Shown: in pieces, positions 49,042-59,220 of the stretch
How positions within the stretch are numbered: the stretch's first letter is position 1
Layout of the letters: every line of letters starts with the position of its first letter
Assembly: GCA_022703585.1 (NCBI GenBank)
Contig: JAKLDJ010000003.1
Coordinates: 270,250-334,249, forward strand
From: Candidatus Omnitrophota bacterium
GTDB taxonomy: Bacteria > Omnitrophota > Gorgyraeia > Zapsychrales > JAKLDJ01
Length of the DNA stretch: 64,000 bases
Reading direction: 5' to 3'
Notes under the pieces: model-generated
What the model saw: only the letters and a program-made list of their open reading frames with translations
Database searches by the model: none
Told to the model about the DNA's origin: nothing
Program-made: the position numbers and the translations under genes

Positions 49042-49488
49042 ATGAAGTTAGTCATCCAGCGGGTTAAAGAGGCCAGCGTTTCCGTTAACGGAGAGATTAT
49101 CGGTAAGATAGCGAAGGGCATGGTGGTCTTAATTGGAGTCGGTAAGGACGATTTAGCGAAGGATGCCGATTATCTCGCGGATAAGATCGGGCAATTAAGA
49201 ATTTTTGAAGACGCTTTAGGCAAAATGAATCTCTGCGCCTCCGAGGTGGGGGCGGAATTTCTGGTGGTTTCGCAGTTTACGCTTCTGGGCGCCTGCCTGA
49301 AAGGCAGGCGCCCCTCGTTTGACGCCGCGGCCGATCCGGCGAAAGCCGAGGAATTGTACGAATATTTTGTCCAAAAACTGCGCGCGCAAAATTTTAAAGT
49401 GGAAACCGGTAGGTTTAAAGCGATGATGGACGTTTCTCTGGTCAATGACGGACCGGTGACGTTTATTCTTGATAGTAAAAATGATTAA
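49042..49488 (+). CDS. dtd: D-aminoacyl-tRNA deacylase
   Basis: 148 aa. MKLVIQRV...SQFTL...NDGPVTF with the characteristic SQFTL motif. Confidence 0.9.
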   Translation: MKLVIQRVKEASVSVNGEIIGKIAKGMVVLIGVGKDDLAKDADYLADKIGQLRIFEDALGKMNLCASEVGAEFLVVSQFTLLGACLKGRRPSFDAAADPAKAEELYEYFVQKLRAQNFKVETGRFKAMMDVSLVNDGPVTFILDSKND

Positions 49489-50272
49489 GCTGATCGATAC
49501 CCACGCGCACTTAGATCAAGTCGAAAATATCGAGCAGGCACTAAGCCAAGCGCAGGCGGCGGGTGTTGAGGCGATCGTGGCTGTCGGGATCGACCACAAT
49601 TCAAACGTTAAAAACCTTCAGATAAAAAAGAAGGCGCAACAGTCAGAGCAGCAGCCGAAGATCTTTGTCGCTTTAGGCATTCATCCCGAAAGCCTTAAGG
49701 ATGCCGGGTTGCAAGACGTTAAAGAGCCGCTCAACTTCATAAAAGAAAATTTAAATAATGCCGTGGCCGTCGGCGAGATCGGATTGGATTTCTGGTACAG
49801 CTGGGCAAAAAAGAGCGATGAGAAAAAGAAACTACAAAAGGATGTGTTCCAGGCGCAATTAAATCTGGCGAAGGAATCCGGGAAACCGGTTGTCATTCAT
49901 AGCCGCGGCGCCTGGCGCGAGTGTTTAGACCTGGCGAAGGATGCCGGAGTCAAGCGGGCGGTTTTTCACTGGTACAGCGGCCCGTTGGATGTCTTGGATG
50001 AAATCCTAACCTGCGGTTATTTGATATCGGCGACACCGGCGCTTGGCCTTAGCCCTCAGCACCGGGAGGCGATCGGGCATGCTCGAATAGAGGATCTACT
50101 TATCGAAACCGACTGTCCGGTTTTTTACCGCGAGGGGGAGGGCGGATTTCGCTCAACCCCAAAGGATGTTTTTAAGACCTTAAAGTTCTACGGGCAGCTT
50201 AAGAATATTAGCGAAGAAAAAGCAGCCGGAATTTTTTGCGAGAATTCAAGAAAGTTTTTTGACATTTCGTGA
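49481..50272 (+). CDS. tatD: TatD-family metal-dependent DNase/hydrolase
   Basis: Start moved from the track's TTG (49469) to ATG 49481 ([11 protein letters not shown]). Metal ligands HAH, E, H and D are present. Confidence 0.85.
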   Translation: MIKLIDTHAHLDQVENIEQALSQAQAAGVEAIVAVGIDHNSNVKNLQIKKKAQQSEQQPKIFVALGIHPESLKDAGLQDVKEPLNFIKENLNNAVAVGEIGLDFWYSWAKKSDEKKKLQKDVFQAQLNLAKESGKPVVIHSRGAWRECLDLAKDAGVKRAVFHWYSGPLDVLDEILTCGYLISATPALGLSPQHREAIGHARIEDLLIETDCPVFYREGEGGFRSTPKDVFKTLKFYGQLKNISEEKAAGIFCENSRKFFDIS

Positions 50273-50295
50273 TCTGCCGGCGAGAAAGGTAAAAT

Positions 50296-50550
50296 ATGTT
50301 TCGCGCTCTCAATAATAGGAAAGCTTTCGCATCATTCATCGGACTTTTACTGTCGATTGTGATTGTTGTTTTTGTCGCCTACATGGTTTTTAAGGTTTAT
50401 TTGGCTAAGCCTTCGGTTGATCAGCAAACCCAAAAGACTTTATCCGAACAGGGCATCAGCACGTCGAGCCCTAAGACTATTCTCGACAGCACCCGGGCAA
50501 CCCTTAAGGGGATTGAGAAGCAGACGCAGCAGCGAGAAGACAGTTTTTAG
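50296..50550 (+). CDS. small single-TM membrane protein, hypothetical
   Basis: 84 aa. One TM (FIGLLLSIVIVVFVAYMVF), then a polar tail. Confidence 0.4.
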   Translation: MFRALNNRKAFASFIGLLLSIVIVVFVAYMVFKVYLAKPSVDQQTQKTLSEQGISTSSPKTILDSTRATLKGIEKQTQQREDSF

Positions 50551-50588
50551 GCCAAAGGCAATAAAAGAATCGATTACGGGAGATTGGT

Positions 50589-52631
50589 ATGAAAAAATGG
50601 ATAGGGGTCATTGTAGCGGCAGTGGTTGTTCTCGGCATGGCTGCGGGATTTTATTATCTTAAGATTTCCCGGGTTTCTATGGACAGCATTCTGCCTGCAG
50701 GGGCGGCTGTATATGTCCACGCCAGTGATATCGGCAAAGACCTGAAGAATTTTCAGTCCACAAAACTCTGGAGTAATATTCAGGGTATCGACGTTGAAAC
50801 GCTGATGAAAGAAAGCGGCGCAAGCCAAGCCGATATCGAAACCTACATCCGTATTAAGGCTCAAGCTTCTACGGCCATGACCGGACTTTTGCTGGATAAA
50901 TTCTTTAGCCGGGAGGTTGGCTTAGCGATTTATCGAAGCGAAATCGGTTCGGGAGGCTCGCAGGCCCTTCTTGACGCCCTGTCGAATATTGTTGTTATTA
51001 CTCGAGTTAAGCCTGAAGCTCAGTTTGTCGAATTCATGACGACGCTGTACAACAAATTTAATCAACAGGTCAATACCCAGACTGAGCAATACAAGGGTTA
51101 TACCGTCACGACAGTGGAGGCGGATAAAGGCATCGACATCGCGTATGTCAAAATCAAAGATTTCCTGGTCATCGGATTTGGCAAAAAAGCCGCCTATGCC
51201 TGCGTCGATGTTGCGGCTAAAAGCAGGGCCCCTCTGTTGCAGGATGCGAGTTATCATGCGGCTCAATCCAGGCTTCTTAAAGCGGCGCATCTTGTTGTTT
51301 ATGGAAACTTAGAAGCGGTCCTTACCGATTTGCGCCGATGGTTTGAAATCTTGGCTGACGGTAAGATGGCTGAGAAAGAAAAGAACCAGATCCAGGCCGT
51401 TCTCTATAACCTGGCCGGGCTAAAGACATTAGGGTTTTCATCGCTGCCGGGCAAGATTGCGCAGGGAAAGAGTGTCCTGATTTTAGATAAAGAACGGATG
51501 AATGCGGAATTGCTGCAGGCCTATTCCCGCAAACCCCAGGCGAATAATACAATTAATTTTGTGCCCAAGGAAGCACTCCTCTATCACTGGAGCAATTGTT
51601 TTAATGCCAAGCAATACTGGGGCAGTTTTACCAGAGCCATGGATAAAGAAGAAAAAAAGAGCCCCGATGGCCTTTCGGCGCGGGACCGGCTCAATGATGT
51701 TGAAAAGAGGCTTGGGGTTAACATTGAAAGTGATGTTGTGCCGCTACTGGATAATGAAACAGGCGGTTTTCTCTATGCTGTCGACGCCGGCATGCTTTTT
51801 CCCGTGCCCAAATTAGTGTTTTTTATCAAAGTCAAAGATCGGGCGGCGGCCGAAAAAATAATGGACGCCTTGACCGCGGACGCAGCCGCCCTGGCACAAA
51901 CGGAAGAATACCGGTCGGTACGAATTAAATATGTGTCTTTGCCTCTGGGGGCTACATTGCAACCCGGATTTTGTTTCTTAGGCGACTATCTTTTGATTTC
52001 CAGCAGCCGCGAAGTCTTGAAAAAATCGATTGATGCGCAAAACGATAAATCCCTGTCGCTGGCGGCCAACGAGGATTTAAAAACTATCGATCCCGCTTTT
52101 ACCGATAAAGGCAACAGCGTATTCTTTGCCCAGACGGATAAATTCTTAGATGAGGTCCGCGAGCTGTGCAGCTGGGGAGTCGGTATGTTGTCTTTCAGGG
52201 CAGCCGGTATCCAGGCCTACCAGTCGGGAATTGAAAAGAAGATTGACGATATGCTCAAAGAGATTGACGGCTATGAAGGAGAAATAGTTACTACCAGGGC
52301 GAGAATAGAAGCGCTTAATCAGGAAATTGCTGACGGTCTAGGCCAGGGGATCGATGTTACTGCTAAAAAAGTTGAACTTGCCGCGGCCGAAGAGTCCGTC
52401 AAGAAAGCGCAAGATGAGATAGGCGTATCCAAAGAAAAACAGCAGGAGCTAAGAGAAACACTTCTAGAATCTCAGAAGAGAATGGTCAGGCCCGAATTGG
52501 TTAGGCTCTACCTCGAAGAGGCCGTGTATCCGATTTTAGACGGGCTTAAAATTAACCGCGCGACGGCGGTCAAAACGATCTTTAATGACGGCGTTGCCGA
52601 AACGCGCTTCTTTTCGCGGGTGGAAGAATAG
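50589..52631 (+). CDS. membrane-anchored hypothetical protein, DUF3352-like
   Basis: 680 aa. N-terminal TM (WIGVIVAAVVVLGMAAGFYYL), a large extracytoplasmic domain and a C-terminal coiled-coil region. Confidence 0.4.
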   Translation: MKKWIGVIVAAVVVLGMAAGFYYLKISRVSMDSILPAGAAVYVHASDIGKDLKNFQSTKLWSNIQGIDVETLMKESGASQADIETYIRIKAQASTAMTGLLLDKFFSREVGLAIYRSEIGSGGSQALLDALSNIVVITRVKPEAQFVEFMTTLYNKFNQQVNTQTEQYKGYTVTTVEADKGIDIAYVKIKDFLVIGFGKKAAYACVDVAAKSRAPLLQDASYHAAQSRLLKAAHLVVYGNLEAVLTDLRRWFEILADGKMAEKEKNQIQAVLYNLAGLKTLGFSSLPGKIAQGKSVLILDKERMNAELLQAYSRKPQANNTINFVPKEALLYHWSNCFNAKQYWGSFTRAMDKEEKKSPDGLSARDRLNDVEKRLGVNIESDVVPLLDNETGGFLYAVDAGMLFPVPKLVFFIKVKDRAAAEKIMDALTADAAALAQTEEYRSVRIKYVSLPLGATLQPGFCFLGDYLLISSSREVLKKSIDAQNDKSLSLAANEDLKTIDPAFTDKGNSVFFAQTDKFLDEVRELCSWGVGMLSFRAAGIQAYQSGIEKKIDDMLKEIDGYEGEIVTTRARIEALNQEIADGLGQGIDVTAKKVELAAAEESVKKAQDEIGVSKEKQQELRETLLESQKRMVRPELVRLYLEEAVYPILDGLKINRATAVKTIFNDGVAETRFFSRVEE

Positions 52632-52660
52632 GGAAACACTAGGAAAGGATTGGAAAATTT

Positions 52661-53512
52661 ATGCCAAACGCCATTTTGCTGATATCCTGCCGGGACAAAA
52701 AGGGAATCACGGCCACCGTTACCGATTTTGTTTTTAAGAATAACGGCAATATCGAGCATGCCGACCAGCATATTGACGCGCAGAGCAACATCTTTTTTAT
52801 GCGCATCGAATGGTCATTGAAGAATTTCAAGATCGCCAAAAACAAAATTGCCGCCGCCTTTAAACCGATTGCCGGGCAATTCGCCATGGACTGGAATCTT
52901 TATTTTACGGATGAAACCCCGCGGGTGGCGATTTTTGTCTCAAGCTATCCCCATTGCCTGTACGATCTTCTTCTGCGGCACAAGGCAGGGCAGTTGAAGT
53001 GTGCTATTCCGCTTATTATCAGCAATCACAAGGATGCAAAAACCATTGCCAGGGATTTCGGGATAAAGTTCCTCGAATTTCCTATCACCCAACAAAATAA
53101 ACTTGCCCAGGAAAGAAAGCAGATCGCTCTTCTAAGGAAAGAAAGCATCGAAATGGTAATCCTGGCGCGCTACGGGCAGATTTTTACGAAACAGTTTGTC
53201 GATGCGTTTCCAAGCCGGATCATCAATATTCATCACTCCTTTTTACCCGCCTTTGCCGGGAGTAGCCCCTACGACCAGGCGTATCGAAAAGGAGTCAAAA
53301 TTATCGGCGCGACCAGTCATTATGTTGTCTCGAAATTGGACGCGGGGCCCATCATTGAGCAGGATACGGTACGGGTGAGCCATCGCGCATCGCTGGAAGA
53401 TTTAAAACTGAAAGGTGAAGACTTAGAAAAAGTCGTTTTAAGTCGCGCGGTCCGGTGGCATTTGGAGCGGAAGATCCTTGTCTATAACAACAAAACAGTT
53501 ATTTTCGATTAG
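52661..53512 (+). CDS. purU: formyltetrahydrofolate deformylase
   Basis: 283 aa. N-terminal ACT domain plus formyltransferase core (INIHHSFLPAF, D in SKLDAGPII). Confidence 0.88.
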   Translation: MPNAILLISCRDKKGITATVTDFVFKNNGNIEHADQHIDAQSNIFFMRIEWSLKNFKIAKNKIAAAFKPIAGQFAMDWNLYFTDETPRVAIFVSSYPHCLYDLLLRHKAGQLKCAIPLIISNHKDAKTIARDFGIKFLEFPITQQNKLAQERKQIALLRKESIEMVILARYGQIFTKQFVDAFPSRIINIHHSFLPAFAGSSPYDQAYRKGVKIIGATSHYVVSKLDAGPIIEQDTVRVSHRASLEDLKLKGEDLEKVVLSRAVRWHLERKILVYNNKTVIFD

Positions 53513-53523
53513 CCTGTGACGCT

Positions 53524-54168
53524 GTGAGCGAAATCATCGTTCGAACTTATAACCCCGAAGACCGCGAAGCGGTACGCACATTGTACTGCGAAACCGCCTT
53601 TATGGGCCGGCCGGTTGAGGTATTTCTTGAAGGACGGGAAATTCTGGCGGATTTAATGACCCTTTACTATACCGATTATGAGCCGGAGTCGTTGTTTGTG
53701 GCCGAGGCGCAAGGAAAGGTTGTTGGTTATCTGACGGGTTGCAAAGATACCGCGAAAAAATTCGCCGTCTTCAGCAAAAAGATATTTCCCAAAACCCTTT
53801 GGAAATTTATCAAAAGCGGCCTCATGTTCAATAAAAAGAATTTGAAATTTCTCTGGGGCAGTTTTAAAAGTTTGTTTAAGGGGCAATTATTTCAACCTAA
53901 AATTCCCAAGATATATCCCGCGCATCTTCACATCAACATCGAAGAAGGTTTTAGGAGGTCGGGGGCAGGGGAGAAGCTGATGAATGCCTATTTTGATTAC
54001 TTACGAAAGAACGATGTGCCCGGTATCCACTTAAGCACGTTTTCTGACCTGGGCAGGAATTTTTTTGCTAAAATGGGGTTTGTTTTATTGTGGGAGGGCA
54101 GGACCTCTCAGTTTCGGCATATCGTACATGAGGATGTTAAACTGTCAACTTTCGGCAAAGTCTTGTAA
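53524..54168 (+). CDS. GNAT-family N-acetyltransferase
   Basis: 214 aa, GTG start. Acetyl-CoA binding-type motif (RRSGAGEKLM). Confidence 0.55.
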   Translation: MSEIIVRTYNPEDREAVRTLYCETAFMGRPVEVFLEGREILADLMTLYYTDYEPESLFVAEAQGKVVGYLTGCKDTAKKFAVFSKKIFPKTLWKFIKSGLMFNKKNLKFLWGSFKSLFKGQLFQPKIPKIYPAHLHINIEEGFRRSGAGEKLMNAYFDYLRKNDVPGIHLSTFSDLGRNFFAKMGFVLLWEGRTSQFRHIVHEDVKLSTFGKVL

Positions 54169-54176
54169 GGGGCTGT

Positions 54177-55829
54177 ATGAGCGGACTACAATTTATCTTT
54201 AGAATGTTTTATAAGGCGGCTAATCGCATCACCAAGCGGCCTGTCTTGAAATATTTTGTTACCTTCCTGGCCGTTAGCCTTTTTCTGGTGAGCCTATTTT
54301 TTAAGATACCCGATTTTAAAATCAAGGACTGGACGTATGTCAAGCCTAAACCCAAAGGGCTTATTTTGGATATTCATTTTCAGGATGACAAAACCGGCTG
54401 GATGGTTGTCGATAAGGCCGGAATCCTACATACGCACAGCGGCGGAAAAAGATGGCAATGGCAGTGGCGCGAAAGAAGCCGGCCGCCGTACCTGACGGTT
54501 AAGCGGGTGTATTTTCTTAACCCCGAAACCGGCTGGGCGCTGGGCAAGGCGCTGGTCGAAGAAAAGAAGGGAATCTTCGCCAGTTACCCTCTGATTTTAC
54601 GTACCGTGGATAGCGGAAGAACATGGGATTCGCATATTTTACAAGGCGCGGACATGAAGGATGTTGCCGTCAATGATGTATTTTTTACCGATAGCTTGCA
54701 CGGCTGGGTCGTGGGTTTTCCGGGTGTTCTCTTAAAAAGCGACGACGGGGGAAAAACCTGGGAGATCAAAGCAAAGAATATGAATCTGACGCACAAGTCT
54801 TCCCAGGTCAATTTTGAGTCGGTATTTTTTATCAATTCCCAGACAGGCTGGGTGTGCGCGCAGGAAGGGCTTATCCAGATGACGCAGGACGGCGGGATCA
54901 GCTGGAGCGCGCAATCCTGCGGCGAGGTTTTAAATTTAAAGAGAGTTTTTTTCATTGCCAAAGAAAAAGGCTGGGTGACCGGAGACGGCGGTAGTATTTT
55001 TTATACCGAGGACGGCGGCCGGAATTGGCAGACGCAGTTCGAGACCAAGCAGCCGAATTTTTATTTTTATGATTTGTATTTTTCCGATTTTAACAACGGC
55101 TGGGCCATCGGCGGCGAGGGGCGGCTGTTTCGAACAACCGACGGCGGCAGGAACTGGGATTTGGAATGTACCTTTATCGAAGAAAAAGAGGCCGCCTTTA
55201 ATACCGGGGGAAAAACCTGGCATTCTTTTTTAAACCGCCTGGTAAGCCCCACTGACCACCAAAAATCATTTTCCAATAACTGGATGATCTCGGTTGCCGG
55301 CAAGGAACAATTGACCTTGTGGGTGGCGGGCGAAAAGGAGGGGTTGTTTACTTTTCCTTCGCGGGACGGATCGCGATTTTCCATGCCCTCCATTAAAAAA
55401 CTAATTTATCTACTGGTGTCTATAATCCTTCTGCTCGGCCTGTTGTGGGCCCATGGGATTCGGCAAAACAAACGAGGGTTTTTGCATATTCCCGCTTCGC
55501 TACAGCGGCGGGGATTAAGATTGGCGTGGTTCAGCTTTGAGGCGAGTGCTATTCCTTGCTTCGTGACAGCGTTGCTGATTTTAGTCAGTTACTATTTGTC
55601 CCTGTATTACCCGAATACCTTCCTTTTTAGATTATTAATGAATTTAGTCAACCCGATTCTTTCCTGGGTTATGACGGTCAGCGCCGGAGTATCATTTTTG
55701 ATCGGTGTCGCGGCTCTGGCAATTTTAAGCAATGACGACAATTTTAACCAGCAGTTGAATCTGTCTTATCTGGGGATATTCTTAAGCGTCCTGGTTCTTG
55801 TTGCCGCGCGCAGCTGGCTGGTGTTTTAG
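54177..55829 (+). CDS. membrane protein with periplasmic BNR/Ycf48-like beta-propeller and C-terminal TM bundle
   Basis: 550 aa. N-terminal TM, then at least 6 repeats of GW.VG..G.I..T.DGG..W, then 3-4 C-terminal TM helices. Confidence 0.5.
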   Translation: MSGLQFIFRMFYKAANRITKRPVLKYFVTFLAVSLFLVSLFFKIPDFKIKDWTYVKPKPKGLILDIHFQDDKTGWMVVDKAGILHTHSGGKRWQWQWRERSRPPYLTVKRVYFLNPETGWALGKALVEEKKGIFASYPLILRTVDSGRTWDSHILQGADMKDVAVNDVFFTDSLHGWVVGFPGVLLKSDDGGKTWEIKAKNMNLTHKSSQVNFESVFFINSQTGWVCAQEGLIQMTQDGGISWSAQSCGEVLNLKRVFFIAKEKGWVTGDGGSIFYTEDGGRNWQTQFETKQPNFYFYDLYFSDFNNGWAIGGEGRLFRTTDGGRNWDLECTFIEEKEAAFNTGGKTWHSFLNRLVSPTDHQKSFSNNWMISVAGKEQLTLWVAGEKEGLFTFPSRDGSRFSMPSIKKLIYLLVSIILLLGLLWAHGIRQNKRGFLHIPASLQRRGLRLAWFSFEASAIPCFVTALLILVSYYLSLYYPNTFLFRLLMNLVNPILSWVMTVSAGVSFLIGVAALAILSNDDNFNQQLNLSYLGIFLSVLVLVAARSWLVF

Positions 55830-55900
55830 GCGGAGGCAGTTTTTCGTGGCATGTTTTTAATACGTATTAATTTTTTTAAATAAATGAGAAAGGAAATTCC

Positions 55901-56554
55901 ATGAGTGCCTGGCAGTCAAAATCGCTTCAAAATCTTGAGCAAAAGATGGGAGATATCGATAAAGGGTCTTTGCGTTATCATATCCTGGAGAGCGCCAAAA
56001 GTTTTAAGACGTCCTGGGTCGAATTAGGCCGGGCGCTTTATTCGGTCTGGAAGGACAAACAGTACAAAGAATGGGGTTACCAGCAGTTTGACGCTTACAC
56101 CGCCAAAGAGGTGGGGATACGAAAACAGACGGCGTTAAAGTTGCTGCGCTCGTATTATTTCTTAGAAAAGGAAGAGCCGGATTATTTAAAGCAGGATTAT
56201 GTCGAGAGCACGGATGCGGCCACGGTCCCCAGTTATGAGGCGATTGATGTCCTAAGGCTCGCTAAAAATAAAAAGGACTTGGATCCGAGCGATTACAACA
56301 ATTTAAAGAAAAACGTTTTTTCTAAAGGCAAAGACGCCCGCGAGGTCAAAAAGGATTTGACCGCCCTTATCCGGCAGCGCGAGGAGCTTGCCCCCGAGGA
56401 GGCCTGGGCTAAGCGCAAGGAATCGAATATCAAAAGACTGCTTAGCCTTTTAAAGTCCATGAAAGAAGAAATGTCGTCAACTAAAATGCTTTCTCCAGCT
56501 TTGTTAAAAGAGGTGAGCAGCCTTATCGATAAATTAGAGGTGGAAATAAAATAG
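55901..56554 (+). CDS. hypothetical cytoplasmic protein
   Basis: 217 aa, helical, Lys/Glu-rich C-terminus. No motif recognised. Confidence 0.4.
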   Translation: MSAWQSKSLQNLEQKMGDIDKGSLRYHILESAKSFKTSWVELGRALYSVWKDKQYKEWGYQQFDAYTAKEVGIRKQTALKLLRSYYFLEKEEPDYLKQDYVESTDAATVPSYEAIDVLRLAKNKKDLDPSDYNNLKKNVFSKGKDAREVKKDLTALIRQREELAPEEAWAKRKESNIKRLLSLLKSMKEEMSSTKMLSPALLKEVSSLIDKLEVEIK

Positions 56555-56633
56555 TTTTGCGGTTTTTTCTGTTTTTGTTGCCTGAAGGTTTCTGGATTTA
56601 GCGGGGCAGTATTAGGATTAAAAGGAGAGGATT

Positions 56634-57053
56634 ATGCTTAAAGTTTCGGTAGAAGATATTATGTCCGAAGATATCGTGACTATTAAGGAAAATGCGACCA
56701 TCGGCCAGGCCGCTCATCTTCTTTTGCGTTTTCGGGTCAACGGCATTTTGGTGGTTAAGAAAAATAACCCCAGGAAATTAGTCGGTATTGTGACCACAAC
56801 CGATTTGCTTCGGATTTTGGATTCAACTCTGTTTGCACATAAACACAGAATAGACAAACTAAGGGAAGTAGCCGGTTTTCCGGTGAACCGTATTGCCCGC
56901 AAGGATATTCTTAAAGTTCAGAAAGGCGTTAAGGTCTCAAAGCTGATTGCGATCATTCATAAAAGACATATTCACACGATCCCTGTTTATGACGGTGATA
57001 AATTGGTCGGCGTTATCGGCCGGCACGATATTTTAAATGTCGCGTTTGGTTAG
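56634..57053 (+). CDS. CBS-pair domain protein
   Basis: 139 aa. Two CBS motifs (IMSEDIVTI...GILVV, HIHTIPVYDGDKLVGVIGRHDIL). Confidence 0.75.
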   Translation: MLKVSVEDIMSEDIVTIKENATIGQAAHLLLRFRVNGILVVKKNNPRKLVGIVTTTDLLRILDSTLFAHKHRIDKLREVAGFPVNRIARKDILKVQKGVKVSKLIAIIHKRHIHTIPVYDGDKLVGVIGRHDILNVAFG

Positions 57054-57080
57054 AGAGTTTTAATCGGAGTCACAAATCTG

Positions 57081-57854
57081 ATGCACAAAATCGTCAACAA
57101 ACAAGTTATTGCCAACGATATCAAGCGCATTGAGGTTTCGGCTGAAGCCATTGCCCGGAAAATAAAGCCGGGGCAATTTGTCATGGTGATGCCGGATGAG
57201 AAAAGCGGAAAAATCCCGCTGGCGGTCGCGGATACCGACTCTCGGCGGAATCTGATTACGCTGGTATTTCAGGAAAATGGTGCCGCGACGAAAAAGCTGG
57301 GTGCCTTGCAAATCGGAAATTCTCTTTTCTCTCTTCTCGGGCCTTTAGGCATGCCGGTAGAAATAGAAAAAATCGGGACCGTTGCTTGTCTTGGGTACGG
57401 CGTCGGCATTGCGCAAATCTTGCCTATTTGCCGGGCGCTAAAGGAAGCCGGTAACAAAGTGATCGGTCTTATCGGCGCAAAAACAAAGCGCAGTCTGATT
57501 CTGGAAAGTCAGATGAGGATCGCTTCCTACAAGCTTTATGTAATGACTGAAGATGGTTCTTATGGCCAAAAAGGTTTAATTGAAGACGTATTACCCAAAG
57601 TCCTCAAAGAGGAAAATATAAAGTTAGCCTACGCGGTCGGTTCAGCTGTGATGCTAAAGGCTGTTTGCGGGTTTACCCGGCAGGCCAGTGTCAAGACGCT
57701 GGTGGGTTTAAATCCGATCATGGTGGACGGCACCGGCCTATGCGGTTCGTGCCGGGTTATAGTGGACGGCAAAAAGCGCCTGGCCTGCGTGGACGGTCCG
57801 GTCTTTGACGGGCACCAGGTGGATTTTGAGGATTTGATGGTGAGGATGAAATAG
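57081..57854 (+). CDS. NfnA/SudB/PyrK-like FAD- and [2Fe-2S]-binding oxidoreductase subunit
   Basis: 257 aa. Ferredoxin-NADP reductase-like fold with C-terminal Cys cluster GLCGSCRVIVDGKKRLACVDGPVF. Confidence 0.7.
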   Translation: MHKIVNKQVIANDIKRIEVSAEAIARKIKPGQFVMVMPDEKSGKIPLAVADTDSRRNLITLVFQENGAATKKLGALQIGNSLFSLLGPLGMPVEIEKIGTVACLGYGVGIAQILPICRALKEAGNKVIGLIGAKTKRSLILESQMRIASYKLYVMTEDGSYGQKGLIEDVLPKVLKEENIKLAYAVGSAVMLKAVCGFTRQASVKTLVGLNPIMVDGTGLCGSCRVIVDGKKRLACVDGPVFDGHQVDFEDLMVRMK

Positions 57855-57867
57855 CTAATTTAAAGAA

Positions 57868-59217
57868 ATGATTACGGCACAACCCCCAAATAAAAGAATT
57901 AAAAACTTTTCCGAAGTTTCGCTGGGGCTTTCGAAAAAACAAGCCATCGATGAGGCCATGCGCTGTCCGCAGCCGGCGAACCTGGCCGGTCCGCAAGGGT
58001 GTCCGCTGGGAATCGATGTCTTTGGTTTTGTCCGCCGCATCCGCGAGGGGGATGTTAACGGTGCCTGCCAGAAAATAAGGGAACACAATTCCTTCCCGAG
58101 CATTTGCGGAAGGATCTGTTCGGCGCCTTGTGAAAGCGCGGGTATTTTAAGCAAGGAGAATATTTCCATCGATATAAGAGCGCTGGAGCGTTACGCGGTT
58201 GACCATGGCCCAAAACGTTCTTTTAAAAAGGATAGCGCGCAAGCAGCCGCAAAGAAAGTCGCTATCATTGGCTGCGGCTTGACGGGTTTAACCGCGGCCG
58301 CAGAGCTAGCGAAATTGGGCTACGGAGTCACGATCTTTGAGAGCCTGCATTTTACCGGTGGTTTTTTAAGATATGGCGCCCCCGAATTCCGGTTGCCGCA
58401 AAACATTTTAAATCAAGAAATTGACGCCGTACGTGCGATGGGTGTCGACATAAAAACAGATTGTTTCATCGGCCAGACGTATTCTATTAAGGAGATTTTT
58501 GATTTTGGTTTCGCGGCGATTTATCTGGCGGCCGGTCAAGTACCAGAGTCTTTGGAAATTCCGGGGGAAAATCTAAAAAGGGTTTATACGGCGCATGAAT
58601 TTTTGATGCGGCTTAATTTATTGCAGGGCGCTAAGAATCCGCGGCAGGCAAGCTTGCTTGACCTGGGAAATAAGATTGCTGTATCAGGCTGCAGTGATAC
58701 CGCGGTTGATTGCGCGCGTATTTTAATCCGCTTGGGCAAACAAGCGGCCGTGGTTTATGAAGGCACCGAAGACACCATGACTGCGCAAAAACGGGAAGTG
58801 CAATTAGCCAAGGAAGAAGGGGTCAAGTTTGAATTATTCAGCCGGCCGGTGGAGATAATTGCTGGTACCGGTAATAGTGTTAAGGGCCTAAAATGCATTC
58901 GTATGGATTTTGCCGAATCCTATGTGCCTGGCCAATGGGCGCTTATTCCCGTTGACGGCTCGGAATTTCTCACGGATGCGGATACGGTCATTGTGGCGGG
59001 GAATTTGAAGCCAAATTCTTTTATTGCCAAAATGACGCCGGAATTAAAGACCCATGAAACAGGGGCAATCCTATCCGACCGGCATACGTTTATGACTTCT
59101 ATTCCCGGAGTTTTCGCCGGACGTGTTATTGAAGGGCCGCATGCGCTGGTTGAAAATATGGCCCAGGCAAAAAAGATCGCTGGGCAGATTGATCAGCATC
59201 TCAAAGGAAAAGTTTAA
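57868..59217 (+). CDS. NfnB/SudA/GltD-like NAD(P)H-dependent FAD oxidoreductase subunit (glutamate synthase small-chain family)
   Basis: 449 aa. Two Rossmann GxGxxG motifs (IIGCGLTGLTAAAEL, AVSGCSDTAVDCA). The N-terminal Fe-S motif appears Cys-depleted. Confidence 0.7.
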   Translation: MITAQPPNKRIKNFSEVSLGLSKKQAIDEAMRCPQPANLAGPQGCPLGIDVFGFVRRIREGDVNGACQKIREHNSFPSICGRICSAPCESAGILSKENISIDIRALERYAVDHGPKRSFKKDSAQAAAKKVAIIGCGLTGLTAAAELAKLGYGVTIFESLHFTGGFLRYGAPEFRLPQNILNQEIDAVRAMGVDIKTDCFIGQTYSIKEIFDFGFAAIYLAAGQVPESLEIPGENLKRVYTAHEFLMRLNLLQGAKNPRQASLLDLGNKIAVSGCSDTAVDCARILIRLGKQAAVVYEGTEDTMTAQKREVQLAKEEGVKFELFSRPVEIIAGTGNSVKGLKCIRMDFAESYVPGQWALIPVDGSEFLTDADTVIVAGNLKPNSFIAKMTPELKTHETGAILSDRHTFMTSIPGVFAGRVIEGPHALVENMAQAKKIAGQIDQHLKGKV

Positions 59218-59220
59218 GTA

